Shown in pieces: positions 28,037 to 37,616 of a DNA stretch of 64,000 bases; position 1 is the first letter of the stretch, and the number at the start of each line of letters is the position of its first letter. This DNA comes from Lachnospiraceae bacterium. GTDB lineage: Bacteria > Bacillota > Clostridia > Lachnospirales > Lachnospiraceae. The translations under genes and the position numbers were made by a program. Below the pieces are notes generated by a model that was not told the DNA's origin, ran no database searches, and was given only the letters and a program-made list of their open reading frames with translations. The stretch covers positions 28,896 to 92,895 of the forward strand of contig JAZNOO010000002.1 in assembly GCA_045580855.1 (NCBI GenBank). Reading direction: 5' to 3'.

Positions 28037-28984
28037 ATGAAAAAGAAAATATATATTGACGGAAGCGAAGGAACCACAGGCCTTCGTATCCACGAAAGAT
28101 TCCAGGGCAGGGATGATGTGGAGATTCTTACCATCAATCCTGAACTTCGTAAGGATCCGGAAGAAAGACGGAAGATGATTAATGCTTCAGACATTACCTT
28201 CCTCTGCCTTCCCGATGTAGCAAGTATCGAGTCGGTAAGTCTTGTGGAGAATGAAAACGTAACCATTATTGATACATCTACGGCACATCGTACCAACGAA
28301 GGTTGGGCATATGGTTTTCCTGAGTTATCAGGCAAGCACCGCGATGCAATTAAGAACGGTAAAAGAATTGCGGTTCCGGGTTGCTATGCTACCGGTTTTA
28401 TTTCGCTGGTATATCCTTTGACCGCGGGAGAGTTGATTGCAAAAGACTGCCCCTTAGCATCTTTTGGTATTTCGGGCTACAGCGGTGCGGGTAAAAAGGT
28501 AATCGCGGTTTATGAAGATGAAAACCGTGAGAAAATGTACGACGCGCCCAGAGAGTACGCACTTTCTCAGAGTCACAAGCATTTAAAAGAAATGCAGGCG
28601 ATTACGGGGCTTGAGAGAAAACCGCTTTTCTCACCGATTATTGCGGATTACTACAGCGGTATGGTTGTGTCAGTTCCACTTTACGCAGACTTCCTTCAAA
28701 AGAAGATGGACCTTGAAGAGTTGTGGAGCTATTTCAATGAATACTATAAGGGCAAAGCTTTTATTAAGGTAATGCCCCTTGGTAGCGAAGAAGAAACTGC
28801 CAATATGTTGCCCGGCAACGAGTGTTCCGGTTGGGACGGGCTTAGAATTTATGTGACCGGAAATGAAGAACGTTTCGTTCTTTCGGCCCAGTTTGATAAT
28901 CTCGGCAAAGGCGCTTCCGGTGCGGCAATCCAGTGTATGAACATCATTATGGGTTGCGATGAAGCAAAGGGATTAAACCTCTAA
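28037..28984 (+). CDS. argC: N-acetyl-gamma-glutamyl-phosphate reductase (type 2)
   Basis: IDGSEGTTGL, STAHR, PGCYAT, SGYSGAG, DNLGKGASGAA. Start moved to the ATG after GGAGG. Confidence 0.95.
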   Translation: MKKKIYIDGSEGTTGLRIHERFQGRDDVEILTINPELRKDPEERRKMINASDITFLCLPDVASIESVSLVENENVTIIDTSTAHRTNEGWAYGFPELSGKHRDAIKNGKRIAVPGCYATGFISLVYPLTAGELIAKDCPLASFGISGYSGAGKKVIAVYEDENREKMYDAPREYALSQSHKHLKEMQAITGLERKPLFSPIIADYYSGMVVSVPLYADFLQKKMDLEELWSYFNEYYKGKAFIKVMPLGSEEETANMLPGNECSGWDGLRIYVTGNEERFVLSAQFDNLGKGASGAAIQCMNIIMGCDEAKGLNL

Positions 28985-29001
28985 AGATAAGGAGAATTAT
29001 A

Positions 29002-29808
29002 ATGTTATATATTTTATTGGCGCTGGCATTTTTGTCGGCAGCGACAATTGTGGCAATTACAGGATTTTTTACCGCATGGTACTGGATGGTACTGATTTTT
29101 ATCGGTATGTGGGCAGGATTTTTCCTTGTCTGGGTTATTATCTATACGTTATGGCTTTTGCTTGGTTCTTTCCTAATAAGCAAGAAGAAAGAAATTACCA
29201 AGCCGAATAAGTTTTATAACTACTTTGTGACGGAGACTATGAAACTCTTGCTTTTCTTCTCAAGAAGCAAGGTACATATGGAAGGTGCAGAGAAGATTCC
29301 CAGAGATACCAAGTATCTTCTGGTAGCAAACCATTTGTCAAATTTTGACCCGATTACATGTATTTCCCAGTTTGGTAAAAATGACTTGGTGTTTGTATCG
29401 AAGCCCGAGAATTTCAGCCTTCCCATTGCAGGTGCGTGGATGCATCACGCAGGCTTTTTGCCTATTGACAGAGAGAATCCCAAGAATGCTTTGGTGACCA
29501 TCAATAAGGCAGCAGAATACTTAAAGAACCAGCAGGTTTCCGTAGGTATTTTCCCGGAAGGAACCCGAAATAAAACTTCCGAACCTTTGTTAGAGTTCAA
29601 AAATGGTGCTTTTAAAATTGCAACCAAGGCAAAGTGCCCCGTTGTAATTGCGGCTTTGAAAAACACACGTAAAGTACAGCACAATTTCCCTTGGAAGAAG
29701 ACAGACATCTATGTAAGTATCGATGTGATTCCTGCGGAAGAAGTTGCGGAATCCAATACCGCACAGTTATCAGCAAGAGTATATGATTTCCTGAAAGAGA
29801 ATATCTAA
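29002..29808 (+). CDS. plsC: 1-acyl-sn-glycerol-3-phosphate acyltransferase
   Basis: NHLSNFD, FPEGTR, FKNGAF. Confidence 0.9.
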   Translation: MLYILLALAFLSAATIVAITGFFTAWYWMVLIFIGMWAGFFLVWVIIYTLWLLLGSFLISKKKEITKPNKFYNYFVTETMKLLLFFSRSKVHMEGAEKIPRDTKYLLVANHLSNFDPITCISQFGKNDLVFVSKPENFSLPIAGAWMHHAGFLPIDRENPKNALVTINKAAEYLKNQQVSVGIFPEGTRNKTSEPLLEFKNGAFKIATKAKCPVVIAALKNTRKVQHNFPWKKTDIYVSIDVIPAEEVAESNTAQLSARVYDFLKENI

Positions 29809-29907
29809 AAAGTAATGAAGGGATATTCGAAAGAATAATATCGAAACGCAGATTATAAAAGTCAAGTAACTGTAGGCATACGTAAGAGAAAGAAAGGGTT
29901 ACAAAAG

Positions 29908-30747
29908 ATGAAATACCTTTTATACAATGGTTTGGCAAGCAGCGGAACCTGTAAAGTGAAGGCAGAAGAGTATTTGGCAAAAGAAGGCGAAGGTGCCAAG
30001 TTGGTAGATTTGGTGGGGCTTGATATCCGTGAGTGGATGCAAAGCGTAACCGCTGAAGATGTGCTTATTCTTTGCGGTGGCGACGGAACCTTGAACCGTC
30101 TGGCAAATGATTTAGACGGCGTGGAAATTCCCTGTCCCCTGCTTCATTATAAGACCGGAACCGGCAATGATTTCCTTGTGGATTTGGAAGATGTGCTGGG
30201 CAAAACCGATGTAGGACCCATCAACGAATACATTAAGAAACTTCCCACAGTTAAGGTAAAAGATATTGAGTGTAAGTTTATCAACGGTATCGGTTACGGT
30301 ATCGACGGCATGTGTTGCGAGTACGCTGATAAAATGCGTGCGGCCGGCAAGACGAAAGTAAATTATACAACCCTGGCAATTCGCCTGTGTTTGTTTAAGT
30401 ACAAGGCGCCGAACGCAACTATTACCATTGACGGACAGGAGTTGAAGTACAGTAAAGTGTGGCTGGCGGCTTCCATGAAAGGACAGTATTACGGTGGCGG
30501 TATGAAGGTTGCGCCGGGACAGAGACGTGATTCCGGCAAATTAACGCTTGCTGTAGTGCATGGACTTGGCAGAATTAAGTTGTTGACGATCTTCCCAAAG
30601 ATTTTTGACGGCAGTTATGCGAAGTATACAAAGCACGTTACCCTTCATCAGGGCAATCACATTAAGGTGGCTTTTGATGCGCCTATGGCACTTCAGATTG
30701 ACGGTGATACCGTGCTTGACGTAACGGAATACGAAGTAATTTTATAA
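29908..30747 (+). CDS. Diacylglycerol kinase family (YegS/BmrU-like) lipid kinase
   Basis: GGDGTLN, GTGNDF, YYGGGM, QIDGD. Confidence 0.9.
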   Translation: MKYLLYNGLASSGTCKVKAEEYLAKEGEGAKLVDLVGLDIREWMQSVTAEDVLILCGGDGTLNRLANDLDGVEIPCPLLHYKTGTGNDFLVDLEDVLGKTDVGPINEYIKKLPTVKVKDIECKFINGIGYGIDGMCCEYADKMRAAGKTKVNYTTLAIRLCLFKYKAPNATITIDGQELKYSKVWLAASMKGQYYGGGMKVAPGQRRDSGKLTLAVVHGLGRIKLLTIFPKIFDGSYAKYTKHVTLHQGNHIKVAFDAPMALQIDGDTVLDVTEYEVIL

Positions 30748-30810
30748 AAGTAACGATTGTTTCCGGAATAAGCCGGTGCAGATAGACATAAGAAAACAAG
30801 GAGTTAAAGT

Positions 30811-32340
30811 ATGAGTTTTTTGGAGACATTAACAAACATTAATAGTGCTATCAATGATTTCGTCTGGGTACAGGTTGGTCTGGTTATTTTAATCGGTACC
30901 GGTGTTTTAATGACGATTTTGACAGGCTTCTTCCAGGTGTCACATATCGGACATTGGTGGAAAAAGACCATCGGCGGAATGTTCAAGAAAGATTCCCTGA
31001 AGAAAAAAGATGAGAAGAGCGTTTCTCAGTTCCAGGCGTTGTGTACTGCCCTGGCAGCTACCATCGGAACAGGAAATATCGCCGGTGTTGCTACCGCTAT
31101 CGTAATCGGTGGTCCCGGTGCGGTGTTCTGGATGTGGATTGCGGCATTCCTTGGAATGATGACTAACTTCTCTGAAAACGTTCTCGGTATCTACTATCGT
31201 AGAAGAAATGCCCAGGGTGAATGGTCCGGAGGTCCTATGTACTACTTAAAGGACGGTCTTGGCAAAGCTATCGGTTATGAGAAGGTCGGTAAGGTATTGG
31301 CGGTATTATTCAGTATTTTTGCCATTCTTGCATCTTTCGGTATTGGTAATATGGGTCAGGTAAATAAAATTACCTTGAATATAAAGTCAGCGTTCTTTGC
31401 AAATGTAGAGCCTGTTATTGTATTCGGTAATGTGGAACTGGTGCCTTTGATTATCGGTGTTTCTCTTGTAATTCTCGGCGGCTTGATTATTCTCGGCGGT
31501 TTACAGAGAATTGCAGCAGTTGCGGAAAAGGTTGTACCTTTTATGGCAGTGGCTTATGTACTTGGTGCGATTATTGTATGTTGCTTTAATATCACAGAAA
31601 TCGGTCCTGCATTTTTATCTATTTTTAAATTTGCTTTCGGTATCAAAGCTGTCGGCGGTGCTGCAGTTGGTATTGCAATTAAGGAAGTGATTACACAGGG
31701 TTGTAAAAGAGGTGTGTTCTCTAACGAAGCCGGTCTTGGTTCTTCCGTTATGGTACACTCAAATTCCGACGTAGTTGAACCTGTTAAGCAGGGTATGTGG
31801 GGTATCTTCGAAGTATTTGCGGATACTTTCGTAGTATGTACTATGACAGCCCTTGTTGTACTTACATCAGGTTTTATTAATTTAGATACCGGCCTTGCGG
31901 TGGAAGGAACAAGCGATGCAACTTTGGTTGCACAGGCCTTCGGTAACGTGTTCGGTCAGGCCGGACAGTGGTTCATCGCAATTGCAATGTTACTCTTTGC
32001 TTTCACAACCGTTCTTGGTTGGTCACACTATGGCGGTAAGGCAGTGGAATACTTATTCGGTAACATCGGAACCAAGATTTATAAGGTTATTTTCGTACTT
32101 ATGATTGTATCAGGTGCGTTGATGACATCTTCACTTGCATGGGATATCTCAGATACTTTTAACGGTTTGATGATGATGCCCAACTTGGTAGGTGTTGTTG
32201 CACTTTCGCCTGTGGTAGTTAAGATTACACGTAACTATGTTAATCGTAAAATTAAGGGTAAGGATGAAGAGCCTGTACTTTCTTACGATCCTGAGATTCA
32301 GGCTGAAGCTGCTAAGGCAGTGGCTGAGGGAAGAGAATAA
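30811..32340 (+). CDS. Sodium:alanine/glycine symporter (AgcS family)
   Basis: IGTGNIAGVA, GGPGAVFWMW, GGPMYY, RGVFSNEAGLGS. Confidence 0.95.
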   Translation: MSFLETLTNINSAINDFVWVQVGLVILIGTGVLMTILTGFFQVSHIGHWWKKTIGGMFKKDSLKKKDEKSVSQFQALCTALAATIGTGNIAGVATAIVIGGPGAVFWMWIAAFLGMMTNFSENVLGIYYRRRNAQGEWSGGPMYYLKDGLGKAIGYEKVGKVLAVLFSIFAILASFGIGNMGQVNKITLNIKSAFFANVEPVIVFGNVELVPLIIGVSLVILGGLIILGGLQRIAAVAEKVVPFMAVAYVLGAIIVCCFNITEIGPAFLSIFKFAFGIKAVGGAAVGIAIKEVITQGCKRGVFSNEAGLGSSVMVHSNSDVVEPVKQGMWGIFEVFADTFVVCTMTALVVLTSGFINLDTGLAVEGTSDATLVAQAFGNVFGQAGQWFIAIAMLLFAFTTVLGWSHYGGKAVEYLFGNIGTKIYKVIFVLMIVSGALMTSSLAWDISDTFNGLMMMPNLVGVVALSPVVVKITRNYVNRKIKGKDEEPVLSYDPEIQAEAAKAVAEGRE

Positions 32341-32347
32341 AAATATA

Positions 32348-32388
32348 AAAAACAGACTGCGGAACAATCATCACCGCAGTCTGTTTTA
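32348..32388 (+). terminator. Intrinsic terminator
   Basis: AAAACAGACTGCGG...CCGCAGTCTGTTTT. Confidence 0.8.
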
Positions 32389-32402
32389 AAAAAGGGGAAA
32401 AC

Positions 32403-34145
32403 ATGGAAGAAAAGCTGAAATCCAAAAAGAAAATAGTTTGGATTAGTATTATAATAGTGACATTGGTGCTTCTTGTAGGAAGTATCGTTATTGGCATATC
32501 GATAGCTAACAGAGTGCAATTTGTCAATGCGGAGGATAAGTCGCAGTCTGATGTGGAGGTATTGAAGGAAATAGTTCGTGAACAGCGGAAGTATGAAGAT
32601 GATATTATTGTTTCATGTGAAATTGATTATGACTTGAATTCTGCCCAGTATAAGTGGGTGGATGGACGATTGACTGAAATCCATTGGAATGATGTTTCGT
32701 TAGTGGGGGATATTGATTTTTCTAATCTGGATCGGTTGGAAGTACTGGATGTGGGTGAGAATTATTTCTTTTCGTTGGTATTAAAGGGGAATACTTCACT
32801 TAAAGAATTGAACGTATCGGGTAATCAGTATTATAAAAGTGCTTATCTTGATTTGAAAGAATGTCCTAATTTGAAGGTGTTAAATTGTAACGGTACGATA
32901 ATAAATAATGAAATTATATTAGACTCGTGCAATGTTTTGGAAGAGTTGTATTGTGATCGATGTTTGGTGGACGTTTTGGATGTATCCCATAATCCTAAGT
33001 TGCGGATTTTGGATTGTTCATCGAATGTTTTGGATGAATTAGATTTAAGTGCAAATCCGTTGTTGGAAGAGCTGGATTGCGGTTACAATGATTTAAATAT
33101 GTTGGACGTAAAAGAGAATATAGCACTGAAAGTGTTGAACTGTAGTGGAAATAATCTGGAAATTATAGATATAAAAGCAAACCGGGACCTGGAATTTCTG
33201 GACTGTAGCAACAATAATTTTGAAACCTTGGATTTAAAAGAAAACCATGTTTTAAAAGAACTGAAATGTTTTGATAATAAAATTTGGAAGCTGGATGTTT
33301 CTGCAAACAAAGCACTTACGGATTTACAAAAGGATCCATTTACAAGGTACTGGACTGAAGAAGGTGAGGATGTTTTTGTAGATGAAGACAATAACGGAAA
33401 GCATGACGTAGATGAATATATTTTAAGTGAGATTCTGGCGGAACAACAGAAAGCACTTGAACTTAAGGATTGGGAAATGCACGTGCTTAACTGGGAAGAA
33501 GGAAGGTTGACGGAAATTCATTGGATTCGGAATGGTTACCCCAGTTTAAAGGGAGAGATATCTTTTGCCGGATTGATAGATTTAGAAGTGTTGGAAATTA
33601 CGTGGAATGAGGAATTGACGGGTATTGATATTACTCAGAATGAAAAATTGGTGAAATTAATTTGTAACAGAACCGATATTGCAACTTTGGATCTTTCCGG
33701 AAATCCGAATTTGGAAATTCTGGATTGTGAGGGAAATTTATTAACCCAACTTAATTTGAGTGAAAATAAAAAATTGAAAGAGTTAAATTGCGACTACAAT
33801 CAGATCACAGAGTTGGATTTGAGTTATAACACGCAAATAAAGGAATTGAAATGCGCAGGCAATCAAATTGCAAGTTTAAATATTATCAATTGCATTGAAT
33901 TGGAACGTTTAGAATGCGGATATAATGAGCAGTTGGAAGAATTGAATGTCTCAACACTGGAAAAATTAAATTTTTTATGGTGTAATGATACTAAGATACA
34001 ATGCTTGGATATTAGCAATAATTCGAATATCTATAGTATAAATTGTGATAAAACGCTTATTAAGGAGTTAGATTTAAGAAACAATCGTCAGATGGGGCAT
34101 ATTTACATATCATGTGGTGATGATGTAAATATTCTTACGGAATAA
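32403..34145 (+). CDS. Membrane-anchored leucine-rich-repeat protein (InlJ-like 21-aa Cys LRRs, two capped LRR arrays)
   Basis: N-terminal TM; repeats LxxLxCxxNxLxxLDLSxNxx; the GRLTEIHW cap occurs twice. Confidence 0.88.
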   Translation: MEEKLKSKKKIVWISIIIVTLVLLVGSIVIGISIANRVQFVNAEDKSQSDVEVLKEIVREQRKYEDDIIVSCEIDYDLNSAQYKWVDGRLTEIHWNDVSLVGDIDFSNLDRLEVLDVGENYFFSLVLKGNTSLKELNVSGNQYYKSAYLDLKECPNLKVLNCNGTIINNEIILDSCNVLEELYCDRCLVDVLDVSHNPKLRILDCSSNVLDELDLSANPLLEELDCGYNDLNMLDVKENIALKVLNCSGNNLEIIDIKANRDLEFLDCSNNNFETLDLKENHVLKELKCFDNKIWKLDVSANKALTDLQKDPFTRYWTEEGEDVFVDEDNNGKHDVDEYILSEILAEQQKALELKDWEMHVLNWEEGRLTEIHWIRNGYPSLKGEISFAGLIDLEVLEITWNEELTGIDITQNEKLVKLICNRTDIATLDLSGNPNLEILDCEGNLLTQLNLSENKKLKELNCDYNQITELDLSYNTQIKELKCAGNQIASLNIINCIELERLECGYNEQLEELNVSTLEKLNFLWCNDTKIQCLDISNNSNIYSINCDKTLIKELDLRNNRQMGHIYISCGDDVNILTE

Positions 34146-34182
34146 TGGTGTATCAGATAAAAGAAAGATAAGGAGAAAGTTT

Positions 34183-35577
34183 ATGACACAAGAGCAAAGA
34201 AATTACGCAATCGTTAAAATGAATGAACTTGCAAATAAGGTAATGGGCAAGTCAATAGCTTATATTGCAATTGCAGGTATCCTTTCGGCCATACTTGTGG
34301 CTGTTGTTACGCCGGAATGGTGGATTTGGGGGCTTTTAGCAGGATTACTTATTGTTACACTTCGAGAATTTGGGCACATCTGCTTTATTGTTCAGGTGAA
34401 AAGTACATTATCTTATTTGAAAAAGAATGAAGTGGAATGTTATGCAGCACCTATTTATCGATTTGACAGCAGTATTACCAACTTTATGAACAAAAGATTG
34501 TTCCGTAATGATGATTTGGCATATTATAAATTTGCCGGCGATACTCAGAAAATGTACATTTATAAAGTGCCGTCTTCGCCTGACGGAAACTATTATGCAT
34601 TGGTATTTACAGACGAAAAAACAAATAAAATTTTCGGCATTCAGGGAACCTGTATGCCGGATTTGCAAGATGCATTTAAAGATAAAAGATATGTTGATAA
34701 TCAGCCCCAAAAGAAAGTATCCGTAAATAAATGGGGTGATGAGACTGCAGTTGAGGTTAAAAGCAATCAATCGAAAAAGAAGAAGCATAAAACGGAACTC
34801 CGAGTTGCAATGAGCATACTTATAATTTTAATCATAGGCATAGCAATCGGTTTGGGCATTAACTTTGGTACAAAAGCAATAAAAGAGGCGAAATTAGAGG
34901 CAGAATTAAATACTGTAAACTTTAGCAATACGGAGGGAAAGGATTCTGAAGATATTGATATATTGAGAAATATAATAATTGCGCAGCAAAAAGACAGGGG
35001 AAGTATCAACAGTGAGATTAATCTTAACCTGAATTCAAATCAATATCGATGGGAAGATGGTAATCTTGTAGGTATCTATTGGTCAGAGATGTATTTGCAG
35101 GGAACTGTAGATGTTTCGGGTCTTGATCAACTTGAAGTTTTGGATTTACATGATACCATTATTTCAGAAATAAAGTTTGGCGGAAATGACTCTTTGGAAA
35201 CGGTAGATTTGTCTGAAAACCATGCAATCGATTTGTTAGACTTTGCTGAGGAATGTCCTTCATTAAAAGTATTAAATTGTAGTAACAACAGTTTAAGCAG
35301 CGGATTAAATATAAAAGGTTGTCCCGAGTTGGAAGAATTATTATGTGAAGACGCAGGGTTGAATGCAATCGACATTACCGGTAATGTGAATCTGGTAAAA
35401 TGTGACTGTTCGGACAATAATATTGCGAAATTGGATTTGTCTCAGAATGTAAATCTTGAGTATCTGGATTGCAGCAATAATAGAATAAGAAGATTAGGCG
35501 TCAGACGAAATGTAAAGTTAGATGAATTAATCACAATTGGTAATTATCAAATTGAAATCGAAGGGGCATCGAAATAA
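34183..35577 (+). CDS. Membrane protein with C-terminal LRR array, paralogous to the upstream gene
   Basis: Three TMs; cap LNSNQYRWEDGNLVGIYW; LEYLDCSNN repeats. Confidence 0.85.
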   Translation: MTQEQRNYAIVKMNELANKVMGKSIAYIAIAGILSAILVAVVTPEWWIWGLLAGLLIVTLREFGHICFIVQVKSTLSYLKKNEVECYAAPIYRFDSSITNFMNKRLFRNDDLAYYKFAGDTQKMYIYKVPSSPDGNYYALVFTDEKTNKIFGIQGTCMPDLQDAFKDKRYVDNQPQKKVSVNKWGDETAVEVKSNQSKKKKHKTELRVAMSILIILIIGIAIGLGINFGTKAIKEAKLEAELNTVNFSNTEGKDSEDIDILRNIIIAQQKDRGSINSEINLNLNSNQYRWEDGNLVGIYWSEMYLQGTVDVSGLDQLEVLDLHDTIISEIKFGGNDSLETVDLSENHAIDLLDFAEECPSLKVLNCSNNSLSSGLNIKGCPELEELLCEDAGLNAIDITGNVNLVKCDCSDNNIAKLDLSQNVNLEYLDCSNNRIRRLGVRRNVKLDELITIGNYQIEIEGASK

Positions 35578-35632
35578 ACTGTAGCAGATTTAAGAAGATA
35601 CAGCAATCCAAACAGTAAAATGAGGCGATAGT

Positions 35633-36532
35633 ATGAATACAGACAACTGCATATTATGTCCCAGAAATTGCGGAATTAACAGAGATCGAGGCAGCAAAGG
35701 TTTCTGCGGTGAAAGCAGTAGTGTGCGCATCGCAAGAGCGGCCTTGCATTTCTGGGAGGAACCTGTTATCAGTGGTGATAACGGTTCCGGCGCTGTATTT
35801 TTTACGGGATGCAATCTAAAATGCATTTTTTGCCAAAATGCGTCCATAGCGGCGAGCGAAGTCGGGAAGGAAGTAAGCATTGAGGCGCTTGCGGAAATAT
35901 ACCTCAAACTGCAGGGAGAAGGTGCCAATAACATTAACCTTGTAACGGCAAGCCATTATGTGCCGCAAGTCGCAGAGAGCATTCGAATAGCGAGAAAACT
36001 GGGATTAGAAATTCCGATTGTGTATAACACATCTTCCTATGAGAAGCCGGAGGTATTACGGTTACTTGATGGTCTGGTAGATATTTATTTGCCGGATTTT
36101 AAATATATGGATGCCAAGCTTGCAAAGGCGTATTCTAATGCAGAAGATTATCCTGAGGTTGCCAAAGCGGCAATTGCAGAGATGTATCGTCAGGTGGGGA
36201 AACCTGCCTTTGATGCGGATTCTGGCCTTATGCGTAAAGGCGTAATTGTAAGGCATCTTGTGATGCCGGGAGCCGTTGGAAACGCGAAGGCAGTAATTGA
36301 TTATTTGTACGAAACCTTTGGCGATGATATTTATATCAGTTTAATGAACCAGTATACGCCGATGAAGGAGTTTGCGGAGTATCCTGAGCTGAATCGTAAG
36401 GTGACCAAACGTGAATATGAGAAAGTGATTCAATATGCGCTGGATTTGGGAGTTGAGAATGCTTTTATCCAGGAAGGGGAAACGGCGAAAGAGAGTTTTA
36501 TTCCGGCGTTTGACTTGACGGGCGTATTGTAA
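35633..36532 (+). CDS. Radical SAM protein, PflX-like
   Basis: CILCPRNC, HFWEEP, GCNLKCIFCQN, DIYLPDFKY, VRHLVMPG. Confidence 0.9.
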   Translation: MNTDNCILCPRNCGINRDRGSKGFCGESSSVRIARAALHFWEEPVISGDNGSGAVFFTGCNLKCIFCQNASIAASEVGKEVSIEALAEIYLKLQGEGANNINLVTASHYVPQVAESIRIARKLGLEIPIVYNTSSYEKPEVLRLLDGLVDIYLPDFKYMDAKLAKAYSNAEDYPEVAKAAIAEMYRQVGKPAFDADSGLMRKGVIVRHLVMPGAVGNAKAVIDYLYETFGDDIYISLMNQYTPMKEFAEYPELNRKVTKREYEKVIQYALDLGVENAFIQEGETAKESFIPAFDLTGVL

Positions 36533-36543
36533 AAGGAGAAGAA

Positions 36544-36990
36544 ATGGAAGGTATTGTATTTTTTTTATTGCCTATGACTGTGCCACTGATATTTCTGGTC
36601 GTAGGTATAGCCACTATGTGGAAAGCAGGTAAAAAAATATACAGATGGACTCATGGTTGTAAGAAGGTTATGTCCACTTGCATTGAGATTCAGGAGTTTC
36701 AGGAAGATGGTGTGACCGTATATCGTCCCATCTACGAATATAATGACAACGGAGTTTCAATTAAGGCAAGCAAACTGGACTATGACTATGAAAAGAAAAT
36801 GTTTGTGAACGATATGGTTCCCATTATTGTCGAAAAGAAACATCCGGACATTGTTATGGAAGTGGGTCAGCCCCCTTCATTAGCCAACGATATTGTCATT
36901 GTGGTAGTAGGTGCTTTTATAACATTTTTTGGTTTCCAAGCGGCAATTGTGATTATTCTATCGAATTTAATGGGCGTTTTTTCGTTATAA
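36544..36990 (+). CDS. Two-TM membrane protein (DUF3592-like)
   Basis: TM, beta domain (YRPIYEY...HP), TM. RBS AAGGAG. Confidence 0.65.
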   Translation: MEGIVFFLLPMTVPLIFLVVGIATMWKAGKKIYRWTHGCKKVMSTCIEIQEFQEDGVTVYRPIYEYNDNGVSIKASKLDYDYEKKMFVNDMVPIIVEKKHPDIVMEVGQPPSLANDIVIVVVGAFITFFGFQAAIVIILSNLMGVFSL

Positions 36991-37136
36991 ATAATTTTAA
37001 AATATGATAGGAAAGTTCCGAAAAATCCAAGAAATATATTTTCTATTGGGCCAAAACGTAGTACAATATAAGAAAGATAAATGGTGGAAGTTGTCTATGA
37101 TTTAAAAGGGCAACAAACATCAGAAAGGAGACGGCC

Positions 37137-37607
37137 ATGTCTGATTTATTAACATCGGTATATTTAAGAATGGTAAACGGAATTAATTCTGTTACGGACA
37201 CTTCAGCCACACCCGGTATGAAGTCTATGGAAGATGCAGGGCAGAGTACGGTCTCTTTTCAGGAAATATTGTCGGAGCAGGTAGAGGAACTGCAGGAACT
37301 TCTGCAGGCGGAAGAGACTTCACCGCTGGCTGAGTTGGAGAATGCTTTGGACAGAAGTATCCTTGGCGATGATACATTGGACTTAAAAGGGCTTTCGGAA
37401 GAGATGTTGTATTCGTCCGGCGGCAGTAGCGTGCTGGCGAACCTGATGGAAGGACATTTTATGTCCATGGTGACGGCTACGGAAGAAACTGCGGAAGATG
37501 AGAGCCATTTAAGACAGATGTTTGACGACCAGGGACAGAATCGTGAACAGCAGATTGAGCAGCTACTCACTAATTTGCAGAATACCATCAGCAAGATGGG
37601 TGAATAG
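37137..37607 (+). CDS. Acidic hypothetical protein
   Basis: RBS GAAAGGAG; SFQEIL motif; no recognised domain. Confidence 0.72.
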   Translation: MSDLLTSVYLRMVNGINSVTDTSATPGMKSMEDAGQSTVSFQEILSEQVEELQELLQAEETSPLAELENALDRSILGDDTLDLKGLSEEMLYSSGGSSVLANLMEGHFMSMVTATEETAEDESHLRQMFDDQGQNREQQIEQLLTNLQNTISKMGE

Positions 37608-37616
37608 AGATACAGT

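Noticed and set aside
30748-30810. Glycine riboswitch before the AgcS symporter
   Set aside because: Only 63 bp and no GGAGA...CCGAAG...CTCTCAGG aptamer.
32403-35577. Diversity-generating retroelement or shufflon acting on the LRR genes
   Set aside because: No reverse transcriptase, recombinase or near-identical template repeat; the modules are diverged.
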